A DNA stretch of 64,000 nucleotides from Monocercomonoides exilis PA203 (taxonomy: Eukaryota; Protista; Preaxostyla), in assembly GCA_001643675.2 (NCBI GenBank), contig LSRY02000034.1, forward strand, positions 496,001-560,000. Reading direction: 5' to 3'. Position 1 is the first letter of the stretch. Each line of letters opens with the position of its first letter. Under the pieces are notes generated by a model that saw only the letters and a program-made list of their open reading frames with translations, ran no database searches and was not told where the DNA came from. Position numbers and translations under genes: made by a program. Below, in pieces: positions 27,241-39,000 of the stretch.

Positions 27241-28532
27241 TTCTTCTTCTCCTTCATCTTCATTTTCTTCCTCCTCCTCTTCTTCTTCTTCTTCTCTTCC
27301 TCCTCTTTCTTCCTCCACTCCAGACATTATTTCTCCTTCTTCTTCTCCATTCATTTCTTCCCCTTCTCCTACCCCTCTTCTTCTCTCAAATTCTTCCATT
27401 TCATCTTCATCATCATCATCTTCTTCTTCTTCTTCTTCTTCTTCTTCTTCTTCTTCTTCAATTAAACAAGAATCAAATATAAAGACACAAACTGATAAAA
27501 GTTCAAATACGTCATCGTCAAATTCTTCTTCTTCTTCTTCTTCTTCTCTTAAAGAAATTGATCAAAAACAAAACGTTTCAACATCTTCCTCCACATCATC
27601 TTCTTCTTCTTCTTCTTTTTCTCTCTCTTCTTCCTCTTCTTCTCTCTCTCCCTCTTCTTCTCTTTCTTCCTCTTCCTCTTCTCCTTCTCCTTCCTCTTCT
27701 CCTTCTCCCCTTCCTCCCAAACGCACTTCTCCTGATAATCTTCCCCCAATCATTTTCGTCCCTGCCCTCTCTTCAACCACTCACATAGACGAATTATCCG
27801 CTTCTGCCCCGTTAGACACACTTAAATGCGGATTTTTCTCGCCGCCGCCTCCACCTTCTTCTTCTTCTCCTTCTTCTTCTTCTTCCTCTTCCTCTTCTTC
27901 GTCTTTATCTTCATCTTCCATTTCATCTTCAAATTCTTCTTCATCCTCTTCTTCCTCCTCCTCCTCTTCTTCTTCTTCTTCTTCTTCTTCTTCTTCACGT
28001 CATCCAGATCTTCATGTTACTCCTCCTCTTCCTTTCACGTTCCCTCCATCAGGTGTGTTTGTTCCATTGAAATTCGCTTCTTCTGCAGAAAATGTGAAAA
28101 TTAGTAAAGAAAATGAAGAAAGAGAAGAGAAAGAAGAAGAAAGATTGAAAGAAGAAAGAGAAAGAGAAAGAGAAAGAGAAGAGAAAGAGAAGAAAGAAGA
28201 AGAAGAAGAAGAAAATGACAACAATAATAACAAACATAACCAAAATATATCAAAAATTTCAAATTGTACAAATAATTTGAGTCTTCCTCATTCCATTCAT
28301 AAGATACAGAGGGAATTATCTCCAAGAGCTCCTGCTTTTGTTCCTTCTTCTTCTTCTTCTTCTATTGGTTTTGTGTCAATTTCAAAGGAAAACAATAAAA
28401 ATGAGAGAGAAAAAGAGGGAAACGTTGATAAAAGTGTTGAAAAGAGTGTTGTTGATGAAGAAGAAGAAGAAGATGATGATGATGATGATGAGAATGAGAA
28501 AGGGAAGAGGAAGGAAGAGAATGAGAAGAAAT

Positions 28533-28568
<36 letters not shown>

Positions 28569-31500
28569 GAGAAAATAATGGTATTTATCATTATAGCAGT
28601 GGAAATTATAATAATAATGCAAATAACAATAGAGCCAACAACAATAAAGTTAACAATGAAAATCAGATTGCTTCAAATCTTTCTTCTTCTGAGTCATTTT
28701 CATCATCATCTTCTGCTTCTGCTTCTTCCTCTTCTTCCTCTTCTTCCACTTCATCTCTAATCACTTCATCCTCAAACATTTCGTCTTCTTCTTCCACATG
28801 TTCATCTTCCTCTTCTTCTAATTCCATTTCAAATTCCAACCTAAAATCTTCTTCTTCTTCTTCTTCCATTTATTCCTCTCGTTCTAATTCTTCTTCTTCT
28901 CATTTATCTGTTCTTGATCCAATACGCTCACCAACGCCAACACCTTCAGACACAGACACAGAAACAGACACAACTCCTGTGAATGAATTGAACATTGATA
29001 ACTTTCATATTTCTCTTGCTGTTTGCTCTTCTTCTTCTTCTTCTTCTTCTCTTTCTTCTTCTTCTTCCATTTCATTACCAATCACTTCGTTATCTTCTTC
29101 TCTTTCTTCTACTCTTCCTTCCATTTCATCATCTTCCTCTTCTTCTTTTTCTTCCTCTTCTTCTCCTCCTCCTTCCTCTTCTTCTTCTTATTCTTCCCCT
29201 TCACACACCCCAACTTTTCCTTCTTCTTCCTCTTCTTCTCCTTCTTTCTCTTCTGATTCATTTGAACATCATCTTCACTTGTCGACTGCTTCACCCGAAT
29301 TTATCCCTTCTTCACGTCGCTTTTCTTCTCATTCTCCTTCAAAAACACAGAAATCGAGTGATAATTGCAGCAATAACAGTAATGTTAACATTAATATTAA
29401 TAATAACATGGGTAGTAATGACACCAATGTTCGAAATTCATTGAAGTTTTCTTCTTCTTCTTCTTCTTCTTCTTCCTCATCCATTTCATCTTCCACTTCA
29501 GCTTCTTCTTCCATTTCATCTTCTTCTTCCTCCTCCTCCTCCTCCTCTTCCTCTTCTTCATATGCCTCCCCTTCTCCTCCACACATCAACAACATCAGCA
29601 ACAAACCTCTTTCTTTCAATGAACTTTCAACTCTTCCTTCAAAATTATCACCAATTGCTATGCAAACACCTATTTCTTCTTCGATTTCAAAGGAAAATCA
29701 AACTTCTGAACAAAATAATAGTTTCGCTTCATTTTCTTCTTCTCTTTCTTCTGATTCTGCTTCTTCTTCTTCTTCTTCAATTTCATCTTCATCTACATCT
29801 TCTTCTTCATCTGAAGCACAAAACCAAGAAAACAACCTCAAATTTATTTCATCTTCTGAAAATGGAATCAAAAATGAATACAAAACCAATTTGGATACGA
29901 AAATTGATTCAATTGAAGAAAGAACTGAAATGAAAGAGAAAGAAAATAAAGACAAAGAAATTATGATGAATTTTGATAATTCAATGGAGATTACTGAAAG
30001 GGAGGAGGTTGAAAGAGAGAAAGGAAGAGAAGAAGACAAAGAAAGAGAAGAAGAAGAAGAAGAAGGAAACGAAGAAAGAAATGAAGAAAGAGAGGAAGAT
30101 GAAGAAGAAGAAAGAGAAGGAGAAGAAACAGGGCTCAGCTTATACGAAGGCAGTTCAGCTGTCCGAGTTGCATTAGAAGTGGAAACGGTGAAGCATTTTG
30201 ACAATGTGGAAGATTTGAAAGCAGCAATAGCAGCAGAGATGAAGCAGATGGCAGAGGAGAGGAGGGAAGAGAAGAGGAGGGCGAAGAAAGAAGCGAGGAG
30301 GATGAGGAGGGCGGAGAAGGAAGAGAGAGAAAGAAAAGAAGGAAGAGAAGGAAGAGAGGAAGAAGAAATGGAAGAGGACGAGGAAGATGAAGATGAAGAA
30401 GATTATGATGATGAGTTGGATGATGATGAAGATGACGATGACGATGAAGAGGAGGAAGAGGAGGTTTTGATTGAGTTTGTGGATGAAGATGAAGAGGAGG
30501 AGGAGGAAATGGAAGAAATGGAAGGAGAAGAGATGGAAGGCATGAAGCAGAGGAGAGAAGAAGGAGAAGGAGAAGGAGAAAGAGGAAGAGGAAGAGGAAG
30601 AGGAGAAGAAGGAGAAGAAGAAGGAGAAAGTGAAGGAGAAGGAAAAGGAGATGAAAGAAGAGGAAAAGAAGAGAAAGGACAGAGTGAAAGAAACCTTTTG
30701 CTTTCTGGGTTTGGCGATGCTGACGAGATGATTGAGGAGCGATTGAGGCAGCGGAAAGAAAAAGGAGCAAGGAAAGAAGGAGAAGAAATTTCTGGAAGAT
30801 TGACAAGTGGAGCAGTTGAGAAGACGAGAAACGCACATTTGCTAAGAGATTCGCAAGCGCTTTCGTCGTCAAATGTTCCTTCGACGTCTGAGGTTAGTTC
30901 TCTTCCTCCAACTTCCTCGTCTTCTTCTTCTTTGTCCTCTTCATCTTCTTCTTCCTCATCATCTTCTTCTTCTTCCTCTTCTATTCCTTTCTCTTCTTCC
31001 TCTTCTTCCTCTTCTTATTCCTCAAGCTCTTTAAGTTCCTCAAAACGATCCCTTTCTTCTTCTTCATCGTCTTCTTCTTCAAATGAAGAAGTAACACAGC
31101 GCATTTCATTGAAGTTTGTGTGGCCAAACAGCGGACCATCGCCTTTCTCATCACAACTCAGAGCAGATTCACGAAATGTCAGTAATAAAAACAGTTTTAA
31201 TAGCAATAATAATAAAAGTATTAATAGAAGTTGTTATAGTAACGATGGCAGCAGTAAAAACAGTGAAGGAGCGTTGTTTCCACAGCCAGAACTGTCTCCA
31301 CCAGCTGTGGCAATGAGGAGGATGAACGATGGTGGGATGATGGGGTTGTTGGATGAAAGAGGAGAGAAAGGGAAAGGAAAAAGAGAAGGAAGAGAAAAAG
31401 AAGGAGAAGGAGAAGACGACGATGATATTGATGATGAAGAAAAGGAACAGAGGAAGAGAAGAATAAGTGAGAGTTCGAGTAGTTCAGGGAAGAGAACAGG

Positions 31501-32614
31501 GTTGATGAATCGAATAAACGAAGGGATGGAGGCGCAGCAGGCTAAAAACAGAGGAGGGAGAAGCGAAAACTGTGGAGAAGAGGGAGAAACGGAGGCTGAG
31601 AAGCAGAGGAAGGAAAGGAGAATGTTTGAGCAATATCAGAAAGGGAGGGAGCAGTTGATTGCGCTTGCAGAGATGGATTCAGATTTGGAAGGGGGTTTTG
31701 AAAGTGGGGTGGATAGATTTGGAAATGAAGATGGTGATGATGAAAGGAGGTGGAAGGAAACAAACAGAAGGACGGGAAATGAGGAGGAGAAAGAGATTGA
31801 GGAAGAGGAAGAGGACGAGGAGAAAAGTGTGAGAAGCGAGAAATACGCAAGCGATGACGGGGACATATTTCAGATAAGTGATGATTCGACATCGGCTGAG
31901 CAAACGTCGCCTTCGATTGTCTCCTGCTGCTCATCTTCAGCTTCTCGTGCCACTCCTCTTGGTGTGTTAACCGAGGTGTCACCTTCTCTCAGCAAAAGCT
32001 CAGTGCTATCTTTGTCCTCCTCTCCTTCTTCTTCTTTCACTCCTTCGTTTGCCCATTCTGTCTCTCCCTCGTGTGTTTCCTCCTCCTCCTCTTCTTCTTC
32101 TTCTTCTTCTTCACCTTCCCCTACTCCTGCTGTTTCTGCTCCGCTTTCTCATCTGCCAGGGTCTACACCTACACTTGTTGTCTCGCCTTCTTCTCCTTTT
32201 TCTGTGTCGCCTTCATTTGGGGCGTCTTTAGGTGCAAATGGAACATCACATTGCTCCCAGCAATTGAATCAAAATCATCTTGATGCTTCTTCCTCTTCGT
32301 TGACTTCTTTAACATCCTCATCCTCATCATCGTCAACATCATCTTCTTCTTCTTCATTTTCATCCACACACCATCAAAACACATTAAATACAGTTCACAC
32401 TAATAATACTGCTTTCAATTCTCCATCACCAGGCCTTTCGCTTTCGCTTTCTCATTCATCTTCACCTGTTACCCAAAATTCACACACTGTTTCTGTAAAA
32501 TCTTCGTCGTTCTCAGAACCTGTTCCTGATCCGTCATGCTCTCCACCAGCTATTGCAGTTGTGGAGCAAGTGAGTGCATTTGAAGGAGACTCAGCGAATG
32601 AAAGGTTATCTTGA
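20664..32614 (+). CDS. TRF4/PAPD5-like non-canonical poly(A) polymerase with a giant low-complexity extension (~3,843 aa)
   Basis: Nucleotidyltransferase motif VYGSMSTGLYLPQADLDLTI, AKIPLLK, third Asp in NTDVSLN, FTGGINSY, GISVRNGG. Intron 22907-23325 joins to the PAP-associated motif ILCVEDP...INIG. Exons 20664-22906 and 23326-32614. Confidence 0.85.
22907..23325 (+). repeat. Microsatellite-filled intron: (GT)n, (GAAAGA)n, (TTTA)n and a 21-bp CT-rich tandem
   Basis: Read directly; GT donor and CAG acceptor give an in-frame junction. Confidence 0.8.
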
Positions 32615-34392
32615 AAGAATAAATGACAGCACTGAATGAATGATTTGGAACAATACCATTTGACAGCTTGTGAACAATAAGTGAATGAGCATTGTCACAT
32701 TTTAAAAGGTGAATTGATGAATGAACATTTTTTGAAAGATAACTTCGATTTTTTTTTTTTTAGCCAATCTGTTTTTGAAGTCTAATATTGTAATTGTGAT
32801 TTGTTTTTATTTTTATTTTATTTTATTTCATTCATTCATTTATCTGTTTATTTTTTCTTTTGTGTAATTAGATGTAAAATTTTTAGAAATTAAGCGAATG
32901 ATGCTTATTCATTTTTAATCATTATTTTATCAAATATATTATAATTATAAAATATTCAACATAAACTTTGAATATTTTTATTGGAAAAAAAAATATCATG
33001 TATTACGTTTTTAAAATTTATATAACAAAAATTTCCTTTGCATTATGCACAAAGAAAACACCAGTCTTTTTTGAATTTGATAGAATTATGCCTTTTTGAT
33101 TTTTAGTATTATGGAAATGATAACTTTTGAAAGAAGAAAAACTTTTTTTGAAAAATTAACACTGCAAATTCAATTCAGAAATAGCAAAAATGGAAAAGTT
33201 GTTTGGCAAATGGAGAATATCATAATTCCGCATGATCATTGCCATTTATTATTATATATATTGTTATGCATTTATTTTGTACTTATTAAGTTTTTTGGGT
33301 TTTGACGAATATAGCAAGTTCAAATCGGACTTAGTGTTGGATTAGGGTTTTTTCGAACAACATAAGGGTTAGGGTTAACCCAAGAAGCGATTTCTTTTAT
33401 GAAAATTATAAAAATTGTGGGATGGATCATCTTAGTAACAGGATGAATCCCATTTTCCAGTTGTCTTCGCAGAATATCTTTTCTTTGGAACATTTGTGGT
33501 TTTTTCTTTCTTTTTTGTTCATTTAAATAAATTTTCTGAAAATATCTCATCATTAAAACATCAATTTGAACTGTTTTCCTTAACAGAAATGGGAAAATGG
33601 AAATGATATTAATGGAAAATAATTCCAGTGATAACCGTTTCTTTTTCATATTCTTTAAATTTGTATGTCATCAAATTTTAGAAAAAAATAACATTTATAT
33701 CCCATCAATGTGTGTTATGAAAAAACAAAATTTCTATTCAAATTTTTGAATCATCAAAAATTTATTCTTTTTAATATGATTCCTTATTACATAAAAACGA
33801 AATAATTATGAATTTTCTTTAAATGATGCACCTCACTCATAGAGTTCTCTTGTGAACATAAGTTAATATCATGACAAAAGTCTGACAGAAATACCGAATT
33901 AAAAAAATGGTGGATTTAATAATTGTTTTTAATCTCAGAAAGATTGCTTTTGTTGATAAATATTATAACTTTTTGAAAGACTTCAATGACTTTATTTATT
34001 TTTTGATTTCATATTCCAAAGTTTCGAGCAAGTTTTTGGTTTTTTCAAATGAAAAAATGCTATTAGTTGTATTTTTTCATCTTGCCATGGAATGAATCAT
34101 GAATGTGCATTTCATTCGAATTCTCATCTGAATTGCATGAAAGTTTGTCGAAGTTTCTTTTTTTGTAATTTCATAAACAACAAAAAAGATAAATTAAGAA
34201 AACGATTGTCATTAAATAATTAAATGTTTATCAACGCATGTGTAAATATTATTTTTTGACAATTGTCAAAACAAGATATTATCACATTGAATGCTATAAA
34301 CATCGTTCATTGACACATTTTTATGTGTTGGAGCATTTTTTGCATTTTTCCATACATTTTCTATCAAAAATAATCACATGGCAAAATATATA

Positions 34393-34649
34393 TGGGTGAT
34401 TATTTTTGAGATCATAACTTTTTTCGGGGTGCAGATTTTTCAAAATTTGCTTATCATCGAAAAGAGCTTTTAAATTTAAATGCTCAATTTATCACAACTG
34501 TTTCATGAATAAGTGAATCAGCTGAAATAAATACTGAAATGTCTCTATTGAGCATTTTCACTCTTCAGTGATCATGAATTAATGTTCAAAGGAAATACTT
34601 TAACCGAAATTTTTGAATGAAAAAATATGATTTCAAAAACAATCACCCA
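34393..34649. mobile_element. MITE, 257 bp, ~24-bp TIRs, TA flanks
   Basis: Left TA|TGGGTGATTATTTTTGAGATCATA; right (reverse complement) TA|TGGGTGATTGTTTTTGAAATCATA. Confidence 0.8.
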
Positions 34650-36006
34650 TATAATCATATTTATAATTATGATGGGCAAATTTTTAATAGAAAAGTCAAT
34701 ATTTAAATCGAAAATTTCGATTTTTTGGTTTTTCAAAATCATTCTTTAATAAGTCAAATAAATATATCATTATCACAAGAATTGTTTTATCATGTGGGAG
34801 AAAATATGAATTTTCAAGCTTCTGTTGCACAAAGCGTTAAAAAGTTGTTTGATTAATAATTTCGCTAAACTTTCTCAAATTTGAAAAATAAATTTGATTT
34901 TCATATCCAAAAACAGGCATTGTTGAAATCAAAACATAAAGTTTTCCAACATTTCACGAATGTCAAAAAATGGAATCATTATTATTGTGTTTTTGGATCT
35001 TAAAAAGTCAATGAAAAGTGCATAATTTTTCAATGAAAAAGCCTGAAGTTAAAAATTTTGACCCATATCTCTGTATTTTTTTTAAAAAGTTCTTTTTGTT
35101 TAATTTTCAAATTAGATAAAAATTTCATTTTCCGATCATATTTCTTTTCTTACTCAAGAAACTTTCCAAGAATGTAAATAAAAGCATTATCAAGCAATTA
35201 TTTCCATTATGATGAAGTTTCTTTGATGGAGCAGAAATATGATCAAAATATGAATATTTTAATCTGATTTGAAAATAAAACAAAATGAATTTATCAAAAA
35301 ATATAATCCATATTTTTGAAACAAAAAGTCATTCAAGAGTGCAATTTTTTCCGATGAAAATGCTTGAAGTTCAATATTTTGTCACAAGTGAAAAATGTGA
35401 ACTTTTGAAAAAAAAAAAGGAAAGAAAAGAAAGAAAGAACTCTTTTCAAAAATCATTAAAAGGAAAAATGTTTCAGAAATAGCATATATTAATATTTTAA
35501 CGATTTCTGTTTATTTTTCTTTATTTCCGAAAGCTTCAAAAACAAGAAAATTATAGGTCCCGATTTATTAATCGGTTTCCAATAAATAACTCACACCATC
35601 ATAAGAATTCAATCAAAAAATATATCAAAATTCTTAAATTGAGAAAAATATTTGTGAGAGTGGAATGAAACAAAATTCAGAAAACAAAAAAAATTCAATC
35701 CCAGATTTTGAATTTTTAATGTAACTTTTTCAATGTTAAATTTAACTATGTCGAATTTGATTAATTTTTTGATGTTATGCATATAATCAGAAGATCTTTC
35801 AGATCATTGTAGAATTGATTTGTTTATTTGTTCAACAAAATTTTTCATTTAATTTTTGACTTGATATCAATTATCAATATTCGAAGAATGAAATAATAAT
35901 TTACTCATAATTATTACACAAAAATCCCTTTCTCTTTTTGATTTTTTATGAATTGTTTTAATCTTTCAATTTTTGAAATATTTTTTGTGATAATTTTCAC
36001 TCAGTC

Positions 36007-39000
36007 TCATCCTTCATTTATAATTTTCTTTATTGATTTCTTCACTTTCGCTAAACTGGGCCTGTCATTTGGCTCATCTGTCCACATCTTCTCTATCAGC
36101 TCAACCAGATCTTCTCCTTCGATTCCTTCTGTCAAAGGTCGCACCCCATCCCTCATCATCTCTTGCGCTTCCTCCGCATTACATTCGCTCAAGGGCACTT
36201 CCCCTGTTGTCATTTCATGGAGAATCAGTCCAAGTATGAAAACAACTGCCTTTTCAATTTCATCATCTTCATCTCCCGCTTCTGGTGCCTTCCATCGTTT
36301 CATTTCTTCCTTCTCCTTCTCATCCTCCAATTCCTCTGTCAAAACAAATATTTCGTTGTTTCCTTCCTCAACAAAGATCGAATATGGACACAATTGTTTT
36401 CCCATCATTTCCACCCTTTCGTCTCCTACTGATATCAAATGCTCAAACAGCTTCGCAACTGCCATAACCACATCCATCCCATCAACAACATCCATTACTC
36501 TTGTTCCCATCGTGAAATTACCTTGCACTGAATGAATCACCGAATGCAATGTTTTGATGTTCTTTTTCTCCTCTCGAAATGGCTTCTTTGCTGATATCAC
36601 ATTGAATGAATGTGATAGTTGAATTCCAGTAGCAGAATCATTCTCTGAAAATGGTAATGAAGATTCCAAATCTGGCAAATCATTTTCATTCAGAATTTCT
36701 TCATTGCTAACTGAAGGAGGCTCTGAAAGATCTTCATCATTATCAATGAGAAGTGGAATTTGGCTTGTCATCCCTTCAATTAATGTTGACGGCATCTCAC
36801 TCATTTCAAAGTTTTTTCCATTCTTTCCTTTTCTCCTCTCGATCTTCTCCATTATTTGCTCATTTTCAAATCTCTCATTTTCAACTGTCTTTTCTGCTTC
36901 CCTCAGTTTCTTTCGAAGAAGTGCCACAACTACAACAAATAAAGCAAAGAATATTGCAAGGATAATAGCGAGAACAATCACAATGTTCAACCAAAATGAT
37001 TTGCCTTCTTTTCCTCCCTCGACAATTCTTTCATCTCCATTAACCTTGGGCTCACTTCTGTTCTTCAGAATGAAAGAATCAGTGGATGATGGATTATTTG
37101 AATCTCCAAACTGAATGCTCACACTCACTTCCACCCCTTCTCCTGCCTCACTTATCCTCTCCTTTCCAACCCTCCCTTCAACTTCTGTCTCCGACACATA
37201 TCCATTCTCATCAAACACAAACTTTTCGATCTGCTTTTCTTCTCCGATCTGTTTCACAACTATGAACGACAAGTCGCATGGCAGCAGCTTTTCCCCATTG
37301 AATACAACCACAACTTCTGCTCCTTCTTCCCTTGTTTCAACGCTCTCCAACACAGGAATGAAGAATGGAGATGCCCTTTCAGATGCAATCCCTTCCAATG
37401 AACATCCTCTCTCCAATATCCACAACGAGGGATTTGGCAAAACGCCATCCCCTCCTTTCAAACTCACAACATTCAATTTTGAAAAACCTTCACACATTAT
37501 GTTCCTTCTCGCAGATCGGTAATTCGGAATGGACGGATTGTTGTTTTCAAACTTTCCATCCAACATCTTCACTAATCCACCTGTCACAGAAAGCCCTCCT
37601 TTCTTCGAGTTACAGATTGTTGTATCTTTCATTGTCACATTGCTTGATGCAACACCCACAACTGATCCATTCCAATGACACAATTGATCATGCTCCATCT
37701 CCACTTCATCTTCATAAAAATTGTCTTGACTGTGATTGCCATCCTCTTCTTCTTCTTCCTTTTCCTCCTTTTCATCTCCATCGAACTCACAAGAAATAAC
37801 AGACACATCTGAACTGCTCGAAATCGACAACTGGCATCCTCTTTCTGTTGTGAGTTCACACAAAGAAAATGAACAGTTAATAAAATTCACGCGTGTCTTG
37901 TGACTCTCAATTCTCACAACACTGTTGTTGTTGGTGTTCTCATTTGATGAAATATTCTCAAATGTTGCAGCAGATATTCTGAGTCTTCCGATATCTTCAT
38001 CGTTTCTTCCATTCAAATTCGCCGCTCCAATAAATGTTGAGATCAAGCATCCATTGTTCAATGAGATGCTGAAACAGTTGATTTTTTCGATGGAGACAAT
38101 TGCGCTCAGTCCAATTGCCACAACATCAGCAGTCGATGTGAGAGATTCCAAAGTTGTTTGTGACTGCACAATTTCTGATTCATCTGAAAACAAAAGCAAG
38201 GGCTTTGCAAGAGATAGCCAACTGAATGATGTTTCGCTCATCCTCAGAACTCCTCCCCAAACAGCTATCACATGTGAATGCAGCTCCAATGAAGCTTTTG
38301 CAGATGAGAATGTGCACTGAGATACTTCCAACATACCATTCGATTCAGCGAATACTGCTGAGTGTGTGGCCTCAAATGAAGTGGCAAATGATATCAAGCA
38401 GTTGCGAACTGTGCAATCATCTTCAAACAGAACCACACTCTGGGCGTCTCCTGTGTGTGGAATGGTTGCACTCAGCTGGATTATTGCCTGCTGCTTTGTT
38501 GAAGGCAGGATGGACAGGCCATGCACAGTTGTTTCTGAGAGGAAAGTGGATGAAGTGTTGATGAAAATGGTGTTGAGCAGTCCTGGCTGGATGTGGTGAA
38601 CAGCAGATGAGATGCTCTGGCATGGGTTTGTTGGCAATCCACACTGACGAGTGTCTGCCGAATCGAGAGACACAAAGATCTGTGGCGCATAGAAGAAGGC
38701 GATCAAGGGGATCAAGTCCACATCCTGCTCATCAGCATCACTTGCACAGATGGACTGGTTTGATTGGAGCGATTCTTGGGAGAAGTCGAGGGCAAAGAGT
38801 GTTTCGTTGATCTGCTGCTCGATCGACTGGCAGTTGATGAATATATCCTTCCCCACCAGTGCATCATTCATTGTGAATCGGATCTCTGATATTTTCAGCG
38901 GGAGAAAAGATGGGCTATCTGGTGCCGGTGCTGGTGATGATGGATCCACACAATCAAACATCATTCCTCCTCCTCTACCAGTGACTGTTGAACATCTGCA

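Noticed and set aside
23400-32400. Many antisense and alternative-frame ORFs (poly-E, -R, -K, -L, -F)
   Set aside because: Shadow ORFs of stop-poor trinucleotide repeats.
33340-33380. TTAGGG telomere-like units
   Set aside because: Only two to three units; too short to call an interstitial telomere or telomerase template.
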